This document shows positions 57,201 through 64,000 of a stretch of DNA of 64,000 nt, piece by piece. Origin of the DNA: Oscillospiraceae bacterium (GTDB lineage: Bacteria > Bacillota > Clostridia > Oscillospirales > Oscillospiraceae). The position numbers were made by a program, and so were the translations under genes. Each line of letters begins with the position of its first letter. Position 1 is the stretch's first letter. Location of the stretch: assembly GCA_021203885.1 (NCBI GenBank), contig JAJQAH010000101.1, positions 20,667 to 84,666 of the forward strand, read 5' to 3'. Under the pieces are notes generated by a model, which saw nothing but the letters and a program-made list of their open reading frames with translations, made no database searches and was not told the DNA's origin.

Positions 57201-58351
57201 CGGCGGACGATAAAAATTCCGGCGTGATCACCACCCATTTTGAATATCATTCCATGGAGTCCAATCTTCTGAAGCTGGATATACTCGGACACGATGATCC
57301 GTCCATGATCCATATGCTCCAGGGCCTGACCGGAGTCGACCCGCGGGAGATCCCCCTGGATGATCCGGAAACCATGAGCCTGTTTACCTCTTCCAAAGCT
57401 CTGGGCTATGAAAACGATCCCCTGCTCGGTCCCACCGGCGCGGTCGCCATCCCCGAATTCAATACACGCTTCACCCGCGGTGTTCTGGAGGAGGCTCATC
57501 CGGAACAGGTGAATACCCTGCTCCGTATATCCGGCTTTACCCACGGCACGGACGTGTGGCTGGGCAATGCCAGAGAACTGATCCTTTCCAAGCAGGCCGA
57601 TGTCCAGCAGTGCGTCGGATGCCGGGATGATATTATGCTCTACCTGATCGAGAAGGGGCTTGATACGAAACAGGCCTTCAATATCATGGAATCGGTTCGG
57701 AAGGGCAGAGGCCTGCCGGACGGCGCGGAACAGGAGATGCTGGATCACCAGGTGCCCGAATGGTATATCGAATCCTGCAAAAAAATCAAATACCTGTTCC
57801 CGAAAGCCCACGCCGCAGCGTATGTGATCATGGCGCTTCGGCTGGCCTGGTTCAAGGCACATTATCCGCTGGAATTTTATGCCGCTTTTTTCTCGATCCG
57901 CGCGAAGGCTTTCGACTCCACCGTCATGTGTCAGGGTGTAGACCGCTGCCTTGCTAAAATACATGAGATTCAGGAGAAGAGCCAGGCCAAGGAAAAGGAT
58001 AAACGGCCCACTTCCGTGGAGGAAGATATGCTGGTCACACTGGAAGTTGTCTATGAGTTTTATCTTCGGGGATTCACTTTTGAGCGTATGGATATTTTCC
58101 GTTCCGACGCCCTCAATTTCCTCCCCGATGCGGAAAAGAAATCACTGCTGCCGCCCTTTATCTCCATTCCCGGCCTGGGCGAGGCGGCAGCCGTCGACCT
58201 GGCCTCCATCAAGGAAAGAAAAGAGGATCTCGTCTCGGTGGAGGATATATCCGTCTTCTGTCCGAAAGTCTCAAAATCACACATTGAACTCCTTCAGGAG
58301 AACGGAGCTTTCGGAAATCTGCCCGCCACCAGCCAGATCTCTCTGTTCTGA
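54209..58351 (+). CDS. polC: PolC-type DNA polymerase III alpha subunit
   Basis: 1380 aa. OB fold, PHP (ELHLHTKMS), inserted DEDDh exonuclease (YVAFDLETTGL), zinc-finger region CPNC...CPVCG, polymerase core. Confidence 0.97.
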   Translation: MAESPLFSDVFPRCRPKTDWAGLLTETRVISACVDARSRTLTAVLESPDDTLSTFLPELEEALIRAYGLDQASLSVSGPEPATSPEKEPEPSWESDAPPEENKKDDIDDIFDSTEAMRKSAMAAVSQKQNGSDTSGTSRPIYGKITRKKATPISEVVLDMGSVMIEGQVTAVNHREMKKRQAWVISFDVTDFENSIRVSCFMPGDKGRPIIDQVYPGMRVRVQGTPSFNQYEGDIVLEPTAVLALPALPPRQDTARDKRVELHLHTKMSMMDGLTDVKQAVKRAQEWGHSAIAVTDHGVLQSFPDAWHAAGDMKILYGVEAYFQNDVDERVAVHQCGRSYPLDGEYVAFDLETTGLDKQRDQIIEIGAAVVKDGHLTEERFRTFADPGHPLPSKITSLTSITDDMLRGSPSPSEAVSQFLDFAAGRPLVAHNATFDAAFLAAQCHRDGKDFSDCWVDTLILAQYLYSSLKDHKLDTLASFLHLPEFHHHRADDDAAVCGELFCALIPLLREHNVETLSEINPLLKTMKRGGRRRRIPYHLIILAKNQTGLRNLYKLVSISNLEHFSRWPIMLKSVIEANREGLIFGSACQAGELFQAMIDGAEDEELERIASWYDYLEIQPTSNNAFLLRSNRDGESAARDVKQLQDWNSRLVALGDRLGKPVCATGDVHFLDPTDEVYRRILLSMNGYEDADAPNPLYFRTTDEMLEEFSYLGPETAQRVVVENTNLVAGWCEHIEPLPHGLFTPKLENSAEELRDLVWGKARELYGQDPPQIVTDRINAELNDIISCNYDVIYMSAQKLVQDSLEHGYLVGSRGSVGSSLVAFLSGITEVNSLPAHYRCPNCKHADFDYAADPAHPYGCGVDMPDAVCPVCGAQYVKDGFNIPFETFLGFGGSKVPDIDLNFSGEYQASAHNYTFELFGHDHVFRAGTIGTVAEKTAYGYVKKYCEDRDLHLSKAEESRLALGCTGVKRTTGQHPGGMIVIPQDKEVYDFCPVQYPADDKNSGVITTHFEYHSMESNLLKLDILGHDDPSMIHMLQGLTGVDPREIPLDDPETMSLFTSSKALGYENDPLLGPTGAVAIPEFNTRFTRGVLEEAHPEQVNTLLRISGFTHGTDVWLGNARELILSKQADVQQCVGCRDDIMLYLIEKGLDTKQAFNIMESVRKGRGLPDGAEQEMLDHQVPEWYIESCKKIKYLFPKAHAAAYVIMALRLAWFKAHYPLEFYAAFFSIRAKAFDSTVMCQGVDRCLAKIHEIQEKSQAKEKDKRPTSVEEDMLVTLEVVYEFYLRGFTFERMDIFRSDALNFLPDAEKKSLLPPFISIPGLGEAAAVDLASIKERKEDLVSVEDISVFCPKVSKSHIELLQENGAFGNLPATSQISLF

Positions 58352-58365
58352 ACATTCCCGAACAT

Positions 58366-58413
58366 CAAAAAACGGATCCCGCTGTTCTTTCACTGAACAG
58401 CGGGATCCGTTTC
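58366..58413. terminator. bidirectional intrinsic terminator (polC / pdxT convergent ends)
   Basis: AACGGATCCCGCTGTTC-TTTCACT-GAACAGCGGGATCCGTT perfect 17-bp stem, with an A-run upstream. Confidence 0.85.
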
Positions 58414-58416
58414 ATA

Positions 58417-58998
58417 TCAGTTGTTTTCAGTGGGTTTTTTTACCAAATTTTCCAAAAACCACCGATGGATCGAGAGGTCGTCATTCAATTCCGGATGAAA
58501 AGCCGTTACCAGCTGATATCCCTGACGGGCGGCAACAATATGCTGATCGACTTCCGCCAGTATTTCGACCTGGCTGCCGGCGGCGGAAATATAGGGGGCG
58601 CGGATAAATGTCATGGGCACCTGTCCCACGCCTTTCATCTCCCCGACGGTGAAAAAACTTCCCAATTGACGTCCGTAGGCATTCCGCATGACACTGATAT
58701 CCATCGTGGCGAAACACGGGTTTCCGCCCTCGACTTCCTTCGCCAGAAGAATCAGACCGGCACAGGTCCCAAAAGTCGGCAGCCCGTCCATGATCTTCTC
58801 CCGCAACGGGACAAACAGGCCCAGATCCCGAAGCAGCTTCCCCATGACTGTGCTCTCACCGCCGGGAAGGATCAGGCCTTCCATGGGCCGCTGCAGATCC
58901 TGAAGCTGCCGGATCTCGAAATGTTCCGCACCCAGCCGGTCAAGCATGGCGGCATGTTCGGCAAATCCGCCCTGAACGGTCAGAATGCCAATGGCCAC
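58417..58998 (-). CDS. pdxT: pyridoxal 5'-phosphate synthase glutaminase subunit PdxT
   Basis: 193 aa. [29 protein letters not shown]. Confidence 0.93.
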   Translation of the reverse strand: MAIGILTVQGGFAEHAAMLDRLGAEHFEIRQLQDLQRPMEGLILPGGESTVMGKLLRDLGLFVPLREKIMDGLPTFGTCAGLILLAKEVEGGNPCFATMDISVMRNAYGRQLGSFFTVGEMKGVGQVPMTFIRAPYISAAGSQVEILAEVDQHIVAARQGYQLVTAFHPELNDDLSIHRWFLENLVKKPTENN

Positions 58999-58999
58999 T

Positions 59000-59875
59000 T
59001 TATTTCCCCCGTTCCGCCATCAGAAGAGCGATTTCCTCTTCATTGATCCCGACCATGGCTTCTCCCAGATCGGTGGACAGTTCCGCAATCAGTCCGGCAT
59101 CGGTATAATTGGTGACAGCCTGGACGATGGCCGCCGCCCGTTTGGCCGGGTTCCCGGATTTGAAGATACCGGATCCGACGAACACGCCCTCCGCACCCAG
59201 CTGCATCATCAGTGCGGCATCGGCGGGAGTGGCAACGCCGCCGGCGGCAAAGTTGACGACCGGCAGCCGTCCGTTTTCATGCACGCTCCTGACAAGCTCT
59301 ACGGGAACCTGTAATTCCTTGGCCGCCTCGTACAATTCGTCTTCCCGCATATTCTGCACCCGGCGGATCTCCGCGTTCACGGCCCTCATATGACGAACCG
59401 CCTGGATCACATCACCGGTGCCCGGTTCCCCTTTGGTCCGGATCATGGACGCGCCTTCCGCAATACGGCGCAGCGCTTCGCCCAGATCCCTGGCCCCGCA
59501 GACAAAGGGGACTTTGAACTGTGTCTTGTCGATATGATATACATCATCTGCGGGCGAGAGCACTTCACTCTCATCGATATAATCGATCTCGATCGCTTCC
59601 AGGACCTGCGCCTCCACAAAGTGCCCGATCCGGCATTTTGCCATGACGGGAATGGAGACCGCCTCCTGGATTCCCCGGATCATTTTCGGATCGCTCATTC
59701 TGGAAACACCGCCGGCTGCCCGGATGTCAGCCGGGATCCTCTCCAGTGCCATGACGGCGCATGCGCCGGCGTCCTCTGCGATCTTTGCCTGCTCCGGCGT
59801 CGTGACATCCATAATCACGCCGCCTTTGAGCATCTGGGCCAGTTCCTTGTTTAATTCATATCTGCTCTTTTCCAT
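59000..59875 (-). CDS. pdxS: pyridoxal 5'-phosphate synthase lyase subunit PdxS
   Basis: [41 protein letters not shown]. Start taken at the internal ATG 59875, since the ORF-track start 59968 would overlap the upstream gene. Confidence 0.95.
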   Translation of the reverse strand: MEKSRYELNKELAQMLKGGVIMDVTTPEQAKIAEDAGACAVMALERIPADIRAAGGVSRMSDPKMIRGIQEAVSIPVMAKCRIGHFVEAQVLEAIEIDYIDESEVLSPADDVYHIDKTQFKVPFVCGARDLGEALRRIAEGASMIRTKGEPGTGDVIQAVRHMRAVNAEIRRVQNMREDELYEAAKELQVPVELVRSVHENGRLPVVNFAAGGVATPADAALMMQLGAEGVFVGSGIFKSGNPAKRAAAIVQAVTNYTDAGLIAELSTDLGEAMVGINEEEIALLMAERGK

Positions 59876-59897
59876 GCTTTCCTCTCCCAAACCGAAA

Positions 59898-61196
59898 TTA
59901 TCCTTCAGTCTTTGCGTCTGTAAACAGGTCACCGAATACCTCGCTGAATAGATTGTCGCAATATTCAAATGTAAACGAAGGATCCAGCTTGTGCACCTGA
60001 TTTTGATCCATCAGTTCCTGTGTATATTCACTGTACGGGTAAACCGTAAAGCCGTTGGTCCCGCTTACCGCATGAGTAATAACCGGAATCACACCGTAAT
60101 CGCTGATATAAACGTCTCCCTGATCTGCCGTAATGGTTACCGAGGCCAGGCCGCCCAGCATCCGGTCGCTCCCGTCCGAGTAAAAGTAACCGTAAGCGTT
60201 GACAAAGTTGCCCAGAGAGTAATAAACCAGCATCTCGTTCCCGTCATCGTCCTCCAGCCACTCCACCGGTTCGATCACATGCGGATGGGCCCCGATCACC
60301 AGATCAGCGCCGTTCTCCAGAAACACCTGGGCCCATTCTTCCTGAAACGCCGTCGGTGTGTAGGTATATTCCGTTCCCCAGTGCGGGATCACGATGACAA
60401 AGTCCGCCTCTTCGTTCGCGCGCTCAAGATCCGATATCACGATATCCTTATGGTCGTCATCCAGCAGATCCACCGAATAGGTTTCGGGAAGCGGTATTCC
60501 GTTCGTACCATAGGTGTAGTTCAGAAACGCGAACGTGACACCCTCGACTTCCATCAGGCGAAGATTATCCCGGTCTTCCTGGCTGTCATGGATCCCCAAT
60601 ATCATATATTCCGGATAGTTTGTGCGCCAGAAATCCAGGCAGTTCGTCAGGCCGGTCAGGCCCATATCCACCGCGTGGTTATTGGCATAACAGATCACAT
60701 TGAACCCCGCCTTGACCATCGCGTCGCCCAGTTCAAAAGCGGCATTGAATCGGGGATAACCGGAAAGGCCCAGTTCCGTTCCGCCCAGGATCGACTCGTC
60801 ATTGACGATGGCGATATCGGCTGCGGAAAAAATGTCTGTGGTCTGAGAGAAAATCTGGTCGTAATTATAAGTTCCGTCCGCCTGCTCTCCGCTTATCGAT
60901 ATCTGCTCGTGCATCAAAACATCGCCGGCCATAACCAGGGAGATGTTCACCGGCTCCGGTTCAGGTTCGAGTTCCACATATGACATCCCTGACAACACTT
61001 CACTCTTACCCGTCGTTTCGTTTTCCTGTTGTCCGCGGGGCACAAAAATGGCTATCGCGGACACGCCAAGCACGATCACGACCGCCACAACGATTGCAAT
61101 CGGTACAATGGGATTTCTTCTGCGACGGCGTCGGCGCCTGCGTCTGCGGCTTGAGCTGGTAGACTGACTTGTGCGTTTTCCTTCATAAGCGGCCAA
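59898..61196 (-). CDS. CapA-family (PGA_cap metallophosphatase-like) membrane-anchored protein
   Basis: 432 aa. N-terminal run of 11 Arg followed by a TM helix, then a CapA-like body (MAGDVLMH..., [15 protein letters not shown]). Confidence 0.78.
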   Translation of the reverse strand: MAAYEGKRTSQSTSSSRRRRRRRRRRRNPIVPIAIVVAVVIVLGVSAIAIFVPRGQQENETTGKSEVLSGMSYVELEPEPEPVNISLVMAGDVLMHEQISISGEQADGTYNYDQIFSQTTDIFSAADIAIVNDESILGGTELGLSGYPRFNAAFELGDAMVKAGFNVICYANNHAVDMGLTGLTNCLDFWRTNYPEYMILGIHDSQEDRDNLRLMEVEGVTFAFLNYTYGTNGIPLPETYSVDLLDDDHKDIVISDLERANEEADFVIVIPHWGTEYTYTPTAFQEEWAQVFLENGADLVIGAHPHVIEPVEWLEDDDGNEMLVYYSLGNFVNAYGYFYSDGSDRMLGGLASVTITADQGDVYISDYGVIPVITHAVSGTNGFTVYPYSEYTQELMDQNQVHKLDPSFTFEYCDNLFSEVFGDLFTDAKTEG

Positions 61197-61247
61197 GCGA
61201 TTCCCTCCTCCCGGGTCTTTCTTTAGGGTTTCTCAATTACTCAAATT

Positions 61248-61276
61248 ATTTTACCATAAAGTTTTTCAATATACAA
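61248..61276 (-). promoter_or_regulatory. sigma-A-type promoter P2 (capA-like-pdxS-pdxT)
   Basis: Minus strand: TTGTAT, 17 nt, TAAAAT with an upstream TG. Shares 20 identical nt with P1. Confidence 0.6.
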
Positions 61277-61359
61277 TGCCTGTGCCGTCTGACTCATGAC
61301 TAAAATCACAAGCGTACGGCGGCACGGCGGCAATATGTGCAGATCTGTACCAATTTCTG

Positions 61360-62292
61360 TCAGTCGGAAAACAATTCTGTCGACAGATACCGCTCCCCTG
61401 TATCGGGCAGGATTGCCACGATCGTTTTCCCGGCATTCTCCGGACGGCCGGCCAGCCGGACAGCCGCCCATACGGCGGCTCCGGAGGAAATCCCCACCAG
61501 GATCCCTTCCGTTTTACCAAGCAGGCGGACCGTATCGAACGCGTCTTCGTCCTCCACCTGTATGACCTCGTCATAAATATCGGTATTTAGAATCTCAGGG
61601 ATAAATCCGGCACCGATCCCCTGTATCTGATGAGGCCCGGCTGCCCCTCCGCTCAGGACCGGCGACCCGGCCGGTTCCACGGCCGTGATCTGTATCTGCG
61701 GGTTTTTCTCCTTCAGGAAGCTCCCTGCCCCGGTAATCGTACCGCCGGTTCCCACGCTAGAGACAAAAATATCTATTTTTCCATCAGTGTCCGCCCATAT
61801 TTCCGGCCCCGTGGTAGTCCGGTGGATCTCCGGGTTGGCGGGGTTGACAAACTGGCCGGGAATCAGGCTCCCCGGCAGGTCTGCGGCAATTTCTTCCGCT
61901 TTCTCAATGGCGCCTGCCATGCCCTTCGTGCCTTCGGTCAGCACGACCTCGGCTCCAAAAGCTTCCATCAGCTGACGGCGTTCCACCGACATGGTTTCCG
62001 GCATGACGATAATGGTCCGATACCCCCGGGCTGCCGCCACTGACGCCAGTCCGATGCCGGTGTTCCCGGAAGTCGGCTCGATGATGACCGCCCCTGCTTT
62101 CAGCAGTCCTTTGCTCTCGGCATCATCCAGCATTGCCTTGGCAACACGGTCTTTCACGGATCCTCCCGGATTAAAATATTCCAGTTTTCCCAGGATCCTG
62201 GCTTTCAGGCCTTCTTCTTTCTCAATATGTGTCAGCTCCAGGAGCGGTGTCCGGCCGATCAGCTGGTCGACCGACGTATAAATTTGACTCAT
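61360..62292 (-). CDS. cysK: cysteine synthase A (O-acetylserine sulfhydrylase)
   Basis: 310 aa. [13 protein letters not shown] (PLP Lys), [20 protein letters not shown]. Confidence 0.93.
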   Translation of the reverse strand: MSQIYTSVDQLIGRTPLLELTHIEKEEGLKARILGKLEYFNPGGSVKDRVAKAMLDDAESKGLLKAGAVIIEPTSGNTGIGLASVAAARGYRTIIVMPETMSVERRQLMEAFGAEVVLTEGTKGMAGAIEKAEEIAADLPGSLIPGQFVNPANPEIHRTTTGPEIWADTDGKIDIFVSSVGTGGTITGAGSFLKEKNPQIQITAVEPAGSPVLSGGAAGPHQIQGIGAGFIPEILNTDIYDEVIQVEDEDAFDTVRLLGKTEGILVGISSGAAVWAAVRLAGRPENAGKTIVAILPDTGERYLSTELFSD

Positions 62293-62355
62293 AAGCGGTC
62301 CCTTCTTATCTCAAAATGCCTTTCTCAAGCAAAAGTTTCCTGCAAAACCGGTCTG

Positions 62356-63735
62356 CTATGAGGGGTTGTCAGGAAGCGTGTGTTCTTTCGGCAGCCGCCG
62401 AAGGTAGTAAATGGACAGGATCGTACAGAGGATAAACCCGGTGGAAGATCCGAAATACCAGCCCCAGAACAGGCCGGTATAGCTGGCCAGAGCCTGTGTC
62501 AGCACAAAGCACATCACGATACGGACAGTGAATTCCGCAATCGTTTCAACAAAGAAAATGGTGCTTCGCCCCACGCCTCTCATCAGGCCGCCGCCTATAA
62601 TGATCATGGAAATGATGATATACAGCGGTCCGATAATACGCAGGTAGTTAACGCCTGTCTCGATCACCTGCGGATCCGCATCACTGCCCACGAACATCCT
62701 TATCAGCGGCTCGGGCAGGAGCATAAATACGGCTATGACCACCAGAGCACAGATCTCACAGATGATCAGAGCCGCTCTGAAGCCTTCCCCGACCCGCTTG
62801 AATCGGCCCGCGCCGCAGCATTGAGCCGTGAAAGATGCCAGGGCCGTTCCCAGTGTATTCATAGCCATATAGGCAAAGTTGTGCAGCTTTGAGGCCGCTT
62901 CGTACCCGGCGATGACCGCTGTTCCATATCCATTGACAATGCTCTGCATGATGGTGTGCCCGACAGCCACCGATCCCTGCTGCAGGATACAGGGAACAGC
63001 GGCATATGCGATCTGTCCAAGCAGAGAGATATCAAACCGGGATCCTTCCGGCCGCGGAAGTTTCTGCCAGAGCCGTTTAAACATAAAAATCAGGGAAAGG
63101 ATCGCCGCCACCGCCTGAGAGATGGTAGTGGCCCATGCCGCCCCCATCACGCCGAGGTCCAGCTGCCATACAGCGATAAGATCCAGGATCACATTGAGCA
63201 CGGAGGATATCAGCAGCAATACGAAAGGAAGTCTGGAATCACCGACGCCGGTAAAAATGCCGGTGGTACAGTTATAGATCAGCATCGGGAAAACCCCGAT
63301 GGAATAAATGCTCAGATAGGTCCGCGACAGCTCAAAAACGTCACCCTCCGCGTTGATCAGATGCATCAACGGGCCGCTGAGCAGGGAACTTGCAGCCGCC
63401 AGAACCACACCCAGTACGGTAAAACTGATCAGCGCGGTCGAAATCGCCTGGCTCAGGACAGGTTTCTTTCCTTCGCCGAAAAACTGGGAAATAACCACCG
63501 AACACCCCATGGAAGTGCCGGTGGCAATAGCAACCAGCACAAGTGTAATAGGGTAAGCCGCTCCCACAGCGGCCAGGCTGGATTCCCCGGCAAAATTCCC
63601 TATGATCATACTGTCGGCGATATTATACAGTTGTTGTAATACGGTGCTCAGCAGCAGCGGAAGCGAGAAAGTTGCAAGGGCTCTGAAAACCTGTCCCTCC
63701 GTGAAATCAGTCACAGTGAACCTGCCTTTACTCAA
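62356..63735 (-). CDS. MATE-family efflux transporter
   Basis: 459 aa, TTG start. 12-TM profile with a typical MATE N-terminus (...LPLLLSTVLQQLYNIADSMIIG). Confidence 0.9.
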   Translation of the reverse strand: MSKGRFTVTDFTEGQVFRALATFSLPLLLSTVLQQLYNIADSMIIGNFAGESSLAAVGAAYPITLVLVAIATGTSMGCSVVISQFFGEGKKPVLSQAISTALISFTVLGVVLAAASSLLSGPLMHLINAEGDVFELSRTYLSIYSIGVFPMLIYNCTTGIFTGVGDSRLPFVLLLISSVLNVILDLIAVWQLDLGVMGAAWATTISQAVAAILSLIFMFKRLWQKLPRPEGSRFDISLLGQIAYAAVPCILQQGSVAVGHTIMQSIVNGYGTAVIAGYEAASKLHNFAYMAMNTLGTALASFTAQCCGAGRFKRVGEGFRAALIICEICALVVIAVFMLLPEPLIRMFVGSDADPQVIETGVNYLRIIGPLYIIISMIIIGGGLMRGVGRSTIFFVETIAEFTVRIVMCFVLTQALASYTGLFWGWYFGSSTGFILCTILSIYYLRRLPKEHTLPDNPS

Positions 63736-63803
63736 AAATTGTTGTATCCAGGAAAAGCCCCCGGCCTTCCCGCCGAGGGCCTGTCCTATCTGTATCTGTC
63801 TGC

Positions 63804-63832
63804 ATTATAATCGACGAAAAAAAATTAATCAA
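63804..63832 (-). promoter_or_regulatory. near-consensus sigma-A promoter of the MATE gene
   Basis: Minus strand: TTGATT, 17 nt, TATAAT. Confidence 0.55.
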
Positions 63833-63874
63833 CCCAATGCTGTAGATACTTCTCCGACAGACCGAATCAGGAAA

Positions 63875-63910
63875 AGAGGGACCGGCCAGAAAGCAGGCAC
63901 GGTCCCTCTC
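63875..63910 (-). terminator. intrinsic terminator for the gene entering from the right edge
   Basis: Minus strand: GAGGGACCG-N14-CGGTCCCTC followed by TTTTCC. Confidence 0.55.
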
Positions 63911-63940
63911 GTTCGTTTCTTGATTTTAAAATATCTTTTT

Positions 63941-64000
63941 TTAAACGAGCTGTTTTAACAGGTTCTGGAGCCGCTCCTCCGCCACACAGCCTCCGCAGTG
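63941..64000 (-). CDS. 3' end of an unidentified minus-strand gene (rest outside window)
   Basis: Open frame ...HCGGCVAEERLQNLLKQLV* ending at TAA (63943-63941), followed by the terminator above. Too short to assign. Confidence 0.3.
   Translation of the reverse strand, partial: HCGGCVAEERLQNLLKQLV

Noticed and set aside
18930-61287. The two 20-nt identical sequences considered as att-like direct repeats bounding a 42-kb mobile element.
   Set aside because: The interval contains core single-copy housekeeping genes (mutS, mutL, miaB, pyrH, frr, dxr, ispG, polC, sepF, divIVA) and no integrase or recombinase. The repeats coincide exactly with -35/-10 promoter elements in the same position relative to downstream genes.

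Overview
This is a chromosomal segment of a fairly high-GC, PolC-containing Firmicute, most likely in the Clostridia. That assignment is an inference from gene content and order, the CIRCE element and the PolC-type polymerase; no database search was possible. About 59 protein genes, one tRNA-Gly(CCC) and a set of sigma-A-type promoters and intrinsic terminators are readable. Most of the window is core housekeeping: purH'-purD, groES-groEL behind a perfect CIRCE operator, and ftsH. It also holds a ParE/ParC-like type IIA topoisomerase pair, mutS-mutL-miaB, miaA and ylmE-sepF-divIVA. A molybdenum-cofactor cluster (moeA-moaA-mobB::moaC-mogA-moaE-like) is followed by the conserved pyrH-frr-uppS-cdsA-dxr-rseP-ispG-polC block. 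The window ends with pdxS-pdxT, cysK and a MATE pump. No CRISPR array, IS element, integrase or recognisable defence island is visible. The best candidate for an accessory or poorly described system is a visibly A+T-richer four-gene cassette at about 19.0-22.1 kb. It encodes an XRE-HTH/S24 self-cleaving repressor, a Y-family DNA polymerase and two uncharacterised small ORFs, behind a consensus promoter with TTGATT repeats. It resembles umuDC and the streptococcal hdiR-umuC-ORF3-ORF4 SOS-mutagenesis cassette, but its two small ORFs are unassigned. Second-tier observations: (1) three near-identical promoters, two of them sharing a 20-nt exact match; (2) an AEC transporter gene whose first helix has no canonical start codon, with ACG at the expected position; (3) a 221-bp structured spacer splitting a response-regulator/kinase pair; (4) structured leaders before pyrH and frr; (5) a MobB::MoaC fusion; (6) a MoaE-like gene translationally coupled to a methyltransferase. 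All product calls rest on motif recognition in the supplied translations, not on searches.
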